This document shows positions 37,333 through 46,206 of a DNA stretch of 64,000 nucleotides, in pieces. The DNA comes from a virus, in IMG/VR virus record IMGVR_UViG_3300027906_000002, positions 115,403-179,402 of that record, one strand, 5' to 3'. Numbering within the stretch: position 1 is the first letter of the stretch; each line of letters begins with the position of its first letter. The notes under the pieces are model-generated. The model searched no databases, had not been told where the DNA came from, and saw nothing but the letters and a program-made list of their open reading frames with translations. A program made the position numbers and the translations under genes.

Positions 37333-39430
37333 AGGGATCCTTGCAAAGCTCCTAGCAACAGAGAATCTCACAGTAGAGCATCGTCAAGTACAGACGGCTT
37401 CATTCGATGTGAATAATCGTGTTCTTACCTTACCTATATGGAAGGATGCTTCTGGTACGATCTACGATCTTCTAGTTGGACATGAGGTTGGTCATGCTTT
37501 ATATACTCCCAATATACCTGTTGATGCTCCCAAGGGATTTGTTAACGTTATAGAAGATGCTCGTATTGAGCGTATGATGAAGCATACATATCCTGGTCTT
37601 AAGAAGTCATTCTTTGAAGGGTATAGAGAACTATGGCATAAGGATTTCTTTGGTGTTGCAGATGAGGAGATATCAGAACTAGCATTCATTGATCGTATCA
37701 ATCTATTCTTCAAAGGTAATAATGAAATAGAATTTACTGAAGAAGAGGGAGACTGGGTTCATCGTGTAGCAACTACAAAGACATTTGAAGATGTTCTAGA
37801 ACTCTCTAGAGAATTGTATGAGTGGGCAGAAAGTAAAGAACAAGATAAAAAACCAGATCTACCTGAACAGATTAATATTGATTGGAATAATCCTGTTGCT
37901 GGTAATGAGATAGAGCAAGAGATTGATTCTGAAAATAAAGAAGATGGACAAGGTGAAGGTGAAGATCAAAGACCTAACAATCAAAAGTCAATTGAAGATA
38001 GACTTGATGAATTGGAAGATGCTATGTATGAGGATGATATAACTGGTGGTACTGAAGCTTCTCCTGATGAGACTGAGTGTGTTACAGATAAAGCATTGCA
38101 AGAATCATTAGAAACTTTAGTGGATGATGATGCTAGAGAGTGGGTTTATTTAAACCTTCCTAAGATAGATCTTAATAAAACAATTGTTGGACATAAGAAA
38201 ATCCAAGAAGATCTTCACTTTGGTTTATATGGACAAGCTTGTAGGGATAAGCAGTTCCATGATTACTATTATGATAGTCTTAATTATGCTGAGAAGCACT
38301 ATGAATCATATAAAAAAGAAGCACAACGTAGTGTTAATTATCTTTTAAAACAGTTTGAGATGAAGAAGTCTGCTGCTGAGTATAAGAGAGCAGCAACATC
38401 TAAGACTGGTGTTATTGATACACAGTCTTTATACAAGTACAAGATAAGTGATGATATCTTTAGAAGGATTACAGTAGTTCCAGAAGGTAAGAATCATGGA
38501 TTAGTATTCTACCTTGATTGGTCTGGGTCTATGAATCATGTATTGTTAGATACTCTTAAGCAGACTTACAATTTAGTATGGTTCTGTAGGAAAGCACAAA
38601 TACCATTTAGAGTATATGGATTCCAAAATGGATGGGACAATCATTCATCTCATCCTGCTATAAAGGAAGAAGCAAATGTTTTAGGATTCTGTAGTGGATT
38701 TAAACTTCTAGAATTCTTTTCATCACAGCAGAATAAGAAGTCACTAGAGAGATCAATGCAGTATGTATACATGCAAGCATTTGCTATGAACAATCATAGG
38801 ATAGGATATGTTCAAGAGTACGGTCTTGGTGGTACTCCTCTTGGTGAGGCAGTCTTATGTTCAAGACAAATAGTAGAGCAAATCAGAAGGGTTGAGAGAG
38901 TTGATAAGGTTAATGTAGTTTGTTTAACTGATGGTGAATCCAATCCATTAACTGCTGTATTAGAATGTGATTATAATGGATTGAGTACAAGGCAATTACG
39001 TCCTTCAAAAGTTTATGTACTAAGAGATCCTAGAACTGGATACACTCGTGAATTAAAATCAAGTCCATACTTAACAACGAAAGAGATTGTTAGTTTCTTT
39101 AAAGAGATTACTGATTTCAATTGGATAGGTATGCGTATCTGCTCTAAGAATGAACTTAAGAGAAGTCTTCGCATTCTAGATTATGAAGAGTCTGATAGAA
39201 TGGAGAAGCAATGGACTAAACAAAAGTTTGCATCTTCTCTACTTTTAGGTTATACTGAAGCATTCTTCATACCTTATCAAGGCATGGGTGAAGGCACTCA
39301 AGACCTTGAAGTTAAACAGAAGGGTGAAGAAGCAACCAGAGCAGAACTAACACGTGCATTTAAAAAGCACATGGGTTCTAAGATGACAAACAAAACTATC
39401 TTAAACAAATTTGTGGAGCAAATAGCATGA
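37310..39430 (+). CDS. Metallopeptidase-like (HExxH) plus VWA-domain protein, CobT-like partner of the MoxR ATPase
   Basis: HEVGH; NVIEDARIE; MIDAS DWSGS; GGTP; LTDGE. Confidence 0.85.
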   Translation: MTINAEVKGILAKLLATENLTVEHRQVQTASFDVNNRVLTLPIWKDASGTIYDLLVGHEVGHALYTPNIPVDAPKGFVNVIEDARIERMMKHTYPGLKKSFFEGYRELWHKDFFGVADEEISELAFIDRINLFFKGNNEIEFTEEEGDWVHRVATTKTFEDVLELSRELYEWAESKEQDKKPDLPEQINIDWNNPVAGNEIEQEIDSENKEDGQGEGEDQRPNNQKSIEDRLDELEDAMYEDDITGGTEASPDETECVTDKALQESLETLVDDDAREWVYLNLPKIDLNKTIVGHKKIQEDLHFGLYGQACRDKQFHDYYYDSLNYAEKHYESYKKEAQRSVNYLLKQFEMKKSAAEYKRAATSKTGVIDTQSLYKYKISDDIFRRITVVPEGKNHGLVFYLDWSGSMNHVLLDTLKQTYNLVWFCRKAQIPFRVYGFQNGWDNHSSHPAIKEEANVLGFCSGFKLLEFFSSQQNKKSLERSMQYVYMQAFAMNNHRIGYVQEYGLGGTPLGEAVLCSRQIVEQIRRVERVDKVNVVCLTDGESNPLTAVLECDYNGLSTRQLRPSKVYVLRDPRTGYTRELKSSPYLTTKEIVSFFKEITDFNWIGMRICSKNELKRSLRILDYEESDRMEKQWTKQKFASSLLLGYTEAFFIPYQGMGEGTQDLEVKQKGEEATRAELTRAFKKHMGSKMTNKTILNKFVEQIA

Positions 39431-40050
39431 GCATTTGGGATGGATATCGGGAGGCAGTATTCAATACGTTTCCTGATTTGATATACAACTTCAATCATAC
39501 AGATTGGACTAACAAAAGAGGTGTTAATCTGACTGCTGATCTATATTCTGGTAAGCATTTTATCAAGTCTAGGCACGTTGATATATGGGATGGTACTGTT
39601 GATATCCATAACAATATAATGTATCCTAAGACTGGACATAACCTTCCTTGCTTTGGTATGGATTTGATGGGATTCAATAAGAAGAAATGTATCATAGTAT
39701 TTGACTTCCAACATCCAGTAGAAAATTATCTATTGAAAGTTCCACCATTACCTCAGACAACAGAGACCTATCGTTTCTTTGAGAAGGGTAATCATTTCTC
39801 TGATAATATCTTTGTAAGGTATTGTGAGATGGATGGAGTTGATACATTCCTACCAACATTCAAATACTATCTGTCACTCTATAAGGAAATGATAGATAAA
39901 GCAAAACCAACTGAAGAAGATACAACAGTCTATAAAGACTTTGATTCTTATATGATTAAGTTAGACCCTATCTCAGGTTATCTTTCTAGTCAATTTGGTA
40001 AAGATGAATCTGAAAAATTAATCAAGGAGTTCTTTTTTAGCTATGCCTGA
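39427..40050 (+). CDS. pebS: Phycoerythrobilin synthase (ferredoxin-dependent bilin reductase)
   Basis: YPKTGHNLPCFGMDLM; VFDFQHP; YRFFEKGNHFS; YM.KLDP.SGY, as recalled for P-SSM2 PebS. Confidence 0.9.
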   Translation: MSIWDGYREAVFNTFPDLIYNFNHTDWTNKRGVNLTADLYSGKHFIKSRHVDIWDGTVDIHNNIMYPKTGHNLPCFGMDLMGFNKKKCIIVFDFQHPVENYLLKVPPLPQTTETYRFFEKGNHFSDNIFVRYCEMDGVDTFLPTFKYYLSLYKEMIDKAKPTEEDTTVYKDFDSYMIKLDPISGYLSSQFGKDESEKLIKEFFFSYA

Positions 40051-40744
40051 TTTAGTACAAGATATAGCAGTCTTACTTTCATACACTATGCAGGACATTA
40101 AGGGTGTTAAACCATTAGAGTGTCCTATACCAGAAGTAAAGAAAGATGATCTGACTATTAAGAATACAATGTATACAGCACCTGGTCTCAGGAAGATACA
40201 TTTAGAGTTGGCAGAATTAAAAGGAATGAAGATACTACATTGTGTATTCTTCCCTGATCCAAATTATAATCTTCCTATCTTTGGATGTGATATTGTTGCT
40301 ACGGAGAAAGTAATCACTGCTGCTATCGTTGATATATCTCCTGTACGAGGTTTCGATGATTGGGATGAGGTACGAGAGATTAGTAATGAATTTAATATTG
40401 GTGAGAGGAGACCTCTTCCATTATGGGGTGATGAAATATTCTCTCCTTATTGTAAGTTCATGCGTCTTACTGAAGAGATTGATATGGCAAATTTCTACTG
40501 TCTTGTTTTAAACTATCTTGGTATATATTGTAAGTTACATAGTAAGGCTATAAGGGATCCAGATTGGTGTGCAGCAATGCTTAGGTATGATGATCAGATT
40601 TATTATTGTGATCAGCAAAGAAAGAATGATAAGACTCGTGGCATTTTAGAGAAATGGTTTGATAACGAATGGACAAACGATTATATAGATAAGGTACTAT
40701 TTGATAAACCATCATCCGATGATATAAAATATGGAAGCAATTAA
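40043..40744 (+). CDS. pcyA: Phycocyanobilin:ferredoxin oxidoreductase
   Basis: GLRKIHLE; ILHCVFFPDPNYNLPIFGCDIV; RPLPLWG.EIFSPYC; Q.KNDKTR.IL. Confidence 0.9.
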   Translation: MPDLVQDIAVLLSYTMQDIKGVKPLECPIPEVKKDDLTIKNTMYTAPGLRKIHLELAELKGMKILHCVFFPDPNYNLPIFGCDIVATEKVITAAIVDISPVRGFDDWDEVREISNEFNIGERRPLPLWGDEIFSPYCKFMRLTEEIDMANFYCLVLNYLGIYCKLHSKAIRDPDWCAAMLRYDDQIYYCDQQRKNDKTRGILEKWFDNEWTNDYIDKVLFDKPSSDDIKYGSN

Positions 40745-40898
40745 ATGGGAAGCTTATATACTATTACCTTCTAATAGATTACAGAAGGTTGAGTTTATGT
40801 GTGAGTCAAATCTTAGACAAGATGCTGAGAATAGATGTAGATCAATGTTCGGTGTGTCTGACGTTAGGCAGTTGAAAAGGATATGGACAGATCATTAA
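40731..40898 (+). CDS. Small hypothetical protein (55 aa, MEAIKWEAYILLPSNRL...)
   Basis: Read by hand; fills the gap before the cobS promoter. Confidence 0.55.
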   Translation: MEAIKWEAYILLPSNRLQKVEFMCESNLRQDAENRCRSMFGVSDVRQLKRIWTDH

Positions 40899-40940
40899 GT
40901 GTCCATAGGTTATTGATTTGAAGTTCAATTCTGCTATAAT
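40886..40940 (+). promoter_or_regulatory. Palindrome GACAG-N8-GTGTC plus sigma70 promoter (TTGATT...TGCTATAAT)
   Basis: TGGACA...TGTCCA at 40884-40905; -10 at 40935. Confidence 0.65.
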
Positions 40941-40964
40941 AAGCATATAAAACAAAGGGGTCGT

Positions 40965-42041
40965 ATGCCAATCAAGTCAGAAGTTACTACTGAACAAATT
41001 ATTTCCTTCCTTAAGGATAAGCATGGGTCTAATGCTAAAGTTGATACTATCGACTTGAGAGCAGCAGGTAACAAGTTTAAGTTATCTTACCCCACTGTTA
41101 ACAAAAGACTTAAAGCATATAAGTCAGATAGAGGTACTTGGGATTTAACTGCCTTAGATATTGAGAAGGTATATAAAGCACCTTCTGCAGAACCTGCTGT
41201 AAGAGTTACATATGTTCCAGAAAATGATCCGAACTATGTACCCTTTGGGAACTCTAAAGCTCTTAAGAAGGTTGTTGGTTCTAGACAGTTTTACCCTGTG
41301 TTTATTACTGGTCTTAGTGGTAACGGTAAGACATTGGGAGTAGAACAAACTTGTGCTGCTCTAAATAGAGAATTGATACGTGTTAATATAACAATTGAAA
41401 CAGACGAGGATGATCTTATTGGTGGCTTCCGTCTTGTCAATGGTGATACTGTTTTTCATAACGGACCAGTGGTCGAGGCTTTGGAGAGGGGAGCTGTACT
41501 TCTTCTAGATGAGATTGACTTAGCATCTAATAAGATTCTATGTTTGCAATCAGTACTAGAAGGTAAGGGTGTATACCTTAAGAAGACTGGTAGGTATGTT
41601 AAACCTGCTGCTGGATTCACTGTCATTGCTACTGCTAATACAAAAGGTAAGGGTTCTGATGATGGGCGTTTCGTAGGAACTAATGTTCTTAATGAAGCTT
41701 TCCTCGAAAGATTCCCTGTAACCTTTGAGCAAGATTATCCATCACCTGTTATTGAACAGAAGATTCTAAAGAATGTTGGTTGCGACTTGCAATTTTCTGA
41801 AAATCTGGTAAAATGGGCAGGAGTGATAAGAAAGACATTCTTCGATGGAGGAGTGGATGAAGTTATCACAACACGTCGTCTTGTACATATCGCACAAGCA
41901 TACAATATATTTGGTGACCGCCTTGTTGCTATCACCAATTGTGTTAACAGATTTGATGATGATACTAAACAATCATTCTTAGATCTTTATACTAAAGTTG
42001 ATGCTGGTGAAGAAACCGAAACCCCCGAAGGAGAATTTTAA
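40965..42041 (+). CDS. cobS: MoxR-family AAA+ ATPase (annotated CobS in cyanophages)
   Basis: GLSGNGKT; LLLDEID; ATANTKGKG; NEAFLERF. Confidence 0.9.
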   Translation: MPIKSEVTTEQIISFLKDKHGSNAKVDTIDLRAAGNKFKLSYPTVNKRLKAYKSDRGTWDLTALDIEKVYKAPSAEPAVRVTYVPENDPNYVPFGNSKALKKVVGSRQFYPVFITGLSGNGKTLGVEQTCAALNRELIRVNITIETDEDDLIGGFRLVNGDTVFHNGPVVEALERGAVLLLDEIDLASNKILCLQSVLEGKGVYLKKTGRYVKPAAGFTVIATANTKGKGSDDGRFVGTNVLNEAFLERFPVTFEQDYPSPVIEQKILKNVGCDLQFSENLVKWAGVIRKTFFDGGVDEVITTRRLVHIAQAYNIFGDRLVAITNCVNRFDDDTKQSFLDLYTKVDAGEETETPEGEF

Positions 42042-42248
42042 ATGCACGGAGATTTAGAACCAGAAGAACATCATCCAGATAGGGATTGGGAACACCATCC
42101 CCACGTGAATGATCTCTGGGAAGACATGGACAGACTCAATGCTTTATATGAAGAATTGATGTGGCCATATGATGATGTGTTAGAATTTATACCCGACCAT
42201 GAGAATGATCGGATCATTATTCAGAACAAGTCTAGAAAAGGTTTATGA
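42042..42248 (+). CDS. Hypothetical protein
   Basis: MHGDLEPEE...; 68 aa; SD GGAG. Confidence 0.6.
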   Translation: MHGDLEPEEHHPDRDWEHHPHVNDLWEDMDRLNALYEELMWPYDDVLEFIPDHENDRIIIQNKSRKGL

Positions 42249-42553
42249 AGTACAATGAAAATGAGATTCTCAAAGAGGTCTCAGACTATATTAGTCAGAC
42301 TTACAGGGGTCACTACTCTTCAAACAATGTTCAGACTCTGGACTTGATTGATTCAGTAGGTGACGCAGAGGCATTCTGTAGGTCTAACATATTGAAATAT
42401 GCCTCAAGGTATGATAGAAAGGGTTCAGCACGTAAGGACATCATCAAGATTATCCACTATGCTGTACTCCTTCTACACTTTAACGACAAGACTGCAGCAT
42501 CCAATGCTCTCCAGTCTGGTTCCACCGCTTTTTCCGTTGATTATGACAAGTAA
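42245..42553 (+). CDS. DUF3310-like protein (T7 gp1.7/SaV-related)
   Basis: HY...QTLDLI; FCRSNILKYASRY.RKG..RKDIIK..HY. Confidence 0.7.
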   Translation: MKYNENEILKEVSDYISQTYRGHYSSNNVQTLDLIDSVGDAEAFCRSNILKYASRYDRKGSARKDIIKIIHYAVLLLHFNDKTAASNALQSGSTAFSVDYDK

Positions 42554-43213
42554 ATGACTGTATTATCCAAACCAACAATTGAAGTATTAAAGAACTTTTG
42601 TTCTATTAACAAATCTATTGTTATCAATCCTGGTAACAAGTTAAGCACATTGAGTATTAATAAAAACATTCTTGCTATAGCTGATATAGAAGAACAGTTT
42701 GAATCTCAATTGTCGATTTATGATCTTGGTGTATTCCTTGGTGGGTTATCTTTGTTTGAACAACCAACCATTGATACATCAAAGGATAACTATGTCACTG
42801 TGAGTGACACTAAGGGTAGATCTAAGACCAGGTTCTTTTATGCTGATCCTGATATTATTACTCAACCACCTGAGAAAGAGATATCTCTTCCTTCAGATGA
42901 TGTTAAGTTTAGATTAGAGTCTAGTACCTTACAGCAATTACAACGTGCTGCTAGTGTATATCAGTTACCAGATCTATGTTTGTATGGTGATGGTAGTGAG
43001 ATGAGTTTACGTGTAACGGATAAGAAGAATGAAACATCCAATAGTTATTCAGTAACAGTTGGTGAAACAGAAGATGATTTCTGTTATTGTTTTAAGGTCG
43101 AGAACCTGAAGTTGCTTATTGGTGACTACAATGTAACGTTGAGTAAGTCTAACGTTGCTCTCTTTCAAGGTGAAGGAATCAAGTACTTCATTGCTCTGGA
43201 ACCTAATACATGA
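42554..43213 (+). CDS. gp45: Sliding clamp gp45
   Basis: LKNFCSINKS; IYDLGVFL; FKVENL; YFIALE. Confidence 0.94.
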   Translation: MTVLSKPTIEVLKNFCSINKSIVINPGNKLSTLSINKNILAIADIEEQFESQLSIYDLGVFLGGLSLFEQPTIDTSKDNYVTVSDTKGRSKTRFFYADPDIITQPPEKEISLPSDDVKFRLESSTLQQLQRAASVYQLPDLCLYGDGSEMSLRVTDKKNETSNSYSVTVGETEDDFCYCFKVENLKLLIGDYNVTLSKSNVALFQGEGIKYFIALEPNT

Positions 43214-43470
43214 AACGTTGGATCGATCTAAAGCATCCTACTCCTTGGCATAAGAACCCAGAAGATGAGGATTACATCCCATCAGGTCCAGAGTATTATA
43301 AGAAGGGAAGTTTTCATAATAAGGTTGGAATGACCTTGATGTGGATTTTCTACGGTATTGTTATTGTACAAGTGATTCATGCAATGACAGTCTTACCATT
43401 CTTTCCAATTCCATTTACAATCCTATTAGGATTAGCCACCATCGTATACGTAGCATGGAGAGCAACATGA
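43210..43470 (+). CDS. Hypothetical membrane protein
   Basis: Two TM segments; ATGA coupling. Confidence 0.6.
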   Translation: MKRWIDLKHPTPWHKNPEDEDYIPSGPEYYKKGSFHNKVGMTLMWIFYGIVIVQVIHAMTVLPFFPIPFTILLGLATIVYVAWRAT

Positions 43471-44156
43471 CAACAATCCTACAAGGAAAAGTGAAGACTG
43501 TGTTCAGTACATCTGAACCTGATAAAGTTCTCATACAATATGAGGATAAGGTTACTGCAGGTAATGGTAGGAAAGTAGATTTTCCTGAAGGTAAAGGTGA
43601 AGTATGCTGTAGGATATCTCAATTGCTTTTTGAGCATTTAGAGAAGTATGGTATTAGGACTCATTACCTTAATACATTTCCAAGAGCTATTATGTCTTGT
43701 AAGACAGTGGAGATTATTCCGATAGAGGTGGTAGTAAGAAATGTTGCTGCTGGTTCTATAGTCAGAGAGACAAACATTAAAGAAGGTACGGACTTTGGTT
43801 GGCCATTGGTTGAGTGGTATTTGAAGGATGATGAGAAGAATGATCCATTACTAACAGAGGCTCGTATATGGGCAATGGGCAACTTTCCCTTAAGGGATAT
43901 GGAACAGACTGCTAGAGAAGTGAATGGTATTGTAGGGAAATTATTTGACCAGATTGGTCTTACACTTGTTGATTTTAAATTGGAGTTCGGTTATGATCTT
44001 GACCAAAATTTACTCCTTGCTGATGAATTATCACCTGACTCGATGCGACTCTGGAAAGATGGTAAGAGTTTTGACAAGGACTTGTTTAGAAAAGGAGAAG
44101 GTGATATAGTAGAAGCATACACATACATCCTTGAAGAATTGAGGAAGATTACGTGA
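43467..44156 (+). CDS. purC: SAICAR synthetase
   Basis: GKVKTV; D.VTAGNG; IPIEVVVRNVAAGS; LKDDEKNDP; LVDFKLEFG; LADELSPDSMRLW; DKDLFR. Confidence 0.95.
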   Translation: MTTILQGKVKTVFSTSEPDKVLIQYEDKVTAGNGRKVDFPEGKGEVCCRISQLLFEHLEKYGIRTHYLNTFPRAIMSCKTVEIIPIEVVVRNVAAGSIVRETNIKEGTDFGWPLVEWYLKDDEKNDPLLTEARIWAMGNFPLRDMEQTAREVNGIVGKLFDQIGLTLVDFKLEFGYDLDQNLLLADELSPDSMRLWKDGKSFDKDLFRKGEGDIVEAYTYILEELRKIT

Positions 44157-45094
44157 ATGATTTTTTATGGGTAGAGAAGTATAGACCTCAGAAAGTTGAG
44201 GACTGTATACTTCCTACAGAAGTGAAGACCACCTTTAAGAGTTTCATAGAGCAAGGAGAGATACCAAATCTCCTACTCTCTGGAACTGCTGGAGTTGGCA
44301 AGACAACCATTGCGAAAGCATTATGTAAAGAGTTAGGAGTAGATTCTTATGTCATTAATGGGTCTGATGAGGGTAGATTCCTGGACACTGTACGCAATCA
44401 GGCAAAGACCTTTGCTGCTACTGTTTCTCTTACATCTAGCAGTCGTCACAAAGTTCTCATTATTGATGAGGCAGATAATACAACGCCAGATGTCCAACTC
44501 CTCTTACGTGCGTCAATTGAGGAATTCCAGAAGAATTGTAGGTTCATATTCACGTGTAACTTTAAGAATAAAATAATAGAACCATTACATAGTAGAACAA
44601 CAGTAATTGATTTCAATGTCCGTGGAAAAACTAAACAAAATCTTGCAGCACAGTTCTTTGAACGGTGTAGAGACATCCTTACCAGAGAGGAGATACGGTA
44701 CAATGACAAAGTGGTTGCCACAGTTGTCCAAAAGTACTTCCCAGATTTCAGAAGAACACTCAATGAACTCCAAAGATATAGTTCAACAGGTTCTATCGAT
44801 ACTGGAATCCTCGCAGCATTAGGTGATGTTAAGATTGATACTCTTGTAGATCATCTTAGGAATAAGAAGTTTAATGATGTCAAGAAGTGGGTAACACAGA
44901 ATTTAGATAGTGATCCTACTGCTATAATGAGGAATCTATACGACAGTCTATCCTCTGTGATGGATGGTCCTAGTGTTGCTGCAGCAGTATTAATTATTGC
45001 TGAGTATCAATACAAGTCTGCCTTCGTGGTGGATCAAGAGATTAATTTGTTAGCATGTCTCACACAGATTATGTTGGAGTGTAATTTTAAATGA
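44153..45094 (+). CDS. gp44: Clamp loader large subunit gp44
   Basis: LWVEKYRP; GTAGVGKTT; IIDEAD; SR; GTG start. Confidence 0.96.
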   Translation: MNDFLWVEKYRPQKVEDCILPTEVKTTFKSFIEQGEIPNLLLSGTAGVGKTTIAKALCKELGVDSYVINGSDEGRFLDTVRNQAKTFAATVSLTSSSRHKVLIIDEADNTTPDVQLLLRASIEEFQKNCRFIFTCNFKNKIIEPLHSRTTVIDFNVRGKTKQNLAAQFFERCRDILTREEIRYNDKVVATVVQKYFPDFRRTLNELQRYSSTGSIDTGILAALGDVKIDTLVDHLRNKKFNDVKKWVTQNLDSDPTAIMRNLYDSLSSVMDGPSVAAAVLIIAEYQYKSAFVVDQEINLLACLTQIMLECNFK

Positions 45095-45651
45095 GACAAT
45101 TAGATAATCCAAAAACAAAATTGTATTATCAATTTAAGAATTTTGTTTTGTCTAAATCTTTTCCTTGGTACATGTATGAACAGCAACAGAGTGATGATTT
45201 TCATAAATCTGATCCTTTGGCAAAGACTAAGTTCTATCATCCATCTATGAATTTAGATAGGATGGGACATGCTAGAACTTTTATACATGGTTTATTAGGA
45301 AGACCAACATTCAATGAACCTTATTCTCAACCAGAAAGATATTTTGATCATGCTTTAGATGTGTGTAAAGAAATTTTTGATCACAATGAGTTTAGAATAA
45401 ATTCCTTTTTAAGGATGGCTGTTAACATGGTCTTCCCTGATCCCAATATTGATACTACATATATTCATGTAGATCATCGTCATGAGCATCATAATATGTT
45501 AATATACTTAACAGATGCTGGTGGTGAAACCATAGCGGAAAGTGGATACCATGATCCTAAAGAAGATGACATTGTTATCTTTGATGGATATCATACTCAC
45601 AATGTACCAAAGACAAAACCTAGAGTGGTTCTTGTCGCAACCTTTATTTAA
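45091..45651 (+). CDS. 2OG-Fe(II) oxygenase
   Basis: FPWY; HVD; LIYLTDAGGET; H.H..P; RVVLV. Confidence 0.8.
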   Translation: MRQLDNPKTKLYYQFKNFVLSKSFPWYMYEQQQSDDFHKSDPLAKTKFYHPSMNLDRMGHARTFIHGLLGRPTFNEPYSQPERYFDHALDVCKEIFDHNEFRINSFLRMAVNMVFPDPNIDTTYIHVDHRHEHHNMLIYLTDAGGETIAESGYHDPKEDDIVIFDGYHTHNVPKTKPRVVLVATFI

Positions 45652-45653
45652 TT

Positions 45654-45857
45654 ATGACAACACAATCTGAAAAACAAAGAGCACAAGTTAAGTCAAGATT
45701 TTATTATCTTTTCTGGGGTGCTGCAACAGTATCTGTATTAGCAGGACAACTATATGTTGGATCTGGGTATAGAGCATATGCAGGAGCATTGCTTAGAATA
45801 TTTGATGCTGTTGAGTTAGAAGTAAATAGAGGTATAGATAGCGAGAGGTACTACTAA
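45654..45857 (+). CDS. Small membrane hypothetical protein
   Basis: RAQVKSRFYYLFWGAATVSVLAGQLYVGSGYR. Confidence 0.65.
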   Translation: MTTQSEKQRAQVKSRFYYLFWGAATVSVLAGQLYVGSGYRAYAGALLRIFDAVELEVNRGIDSERYY

Positions 45858-46030
45858 TGGTTTTAGTATACATTATTATTGGTCTTCTTTTATTTTTACT
45901 TGGTTGGGGTATATATCTTACCTTTGGACCTGGTGCAGAAGGAGTAAGAGACCCTATTGACGAGCATGCTAAGATGCATGAGCTAGGAATAGCACATGGT
46001 CATACTCCTAAAGGGGTTATTAAAAAATGA
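45857..46030 (+). CDS. psbN: PsbN-like small membrane protein (57 aa)
   Basis: Read by hand: TM helix then GIYLTFGPGAEGVRDPIDEH, matching the PsbN Y.AFG.....RDPFEEH motif. Confidence 0.65.
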   Translation: MVLVYIIIGLLLFLLGWGIYLTFGPGAEGVRDPIDEHAKMHELGIAHGHTPKGVIKK

Positions 46031-46206
46031 TATTAAAACAAGAAGTCATTGACAAAATTCAATTGGCAATGCTACACACCAAAAAGAATGGTGATATGAA
46101 TTGGTTAGATGGTGATGAGATTGATGTATGTCTTGCTGGTACATTTGCAGGAGATAAATTCATTACTATAATAAACAGAACACGAAGTAACACTACTAAA
46201 AAATGA
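46027..46206 (+). CDS. Small conserved hypothetical protein (59 aa, MILKQEVIDKIQLAM...)
   Basis: Read by hand; ATGA coupling at both ends. Confidence 0.6.
   Translation: MILKQEVIDKIQLAMLHTKKNGDMNWLDGDEIDVCLAGTFAGDKFITIINRTRSNTTKK

Noticed and set aside
40965-42041. cobS as evidence of cobalamin biosynthesis
   Set aside because: It is a generic MoxR AAA+ ATPase with a peptidase/VWA partner; no cobN or other cob genes are present
43341-43466. Longer purC start in the ORF track
   Set aside because: It overlaps the upstream membrane gene; PurC similarity begins at ATG 43467
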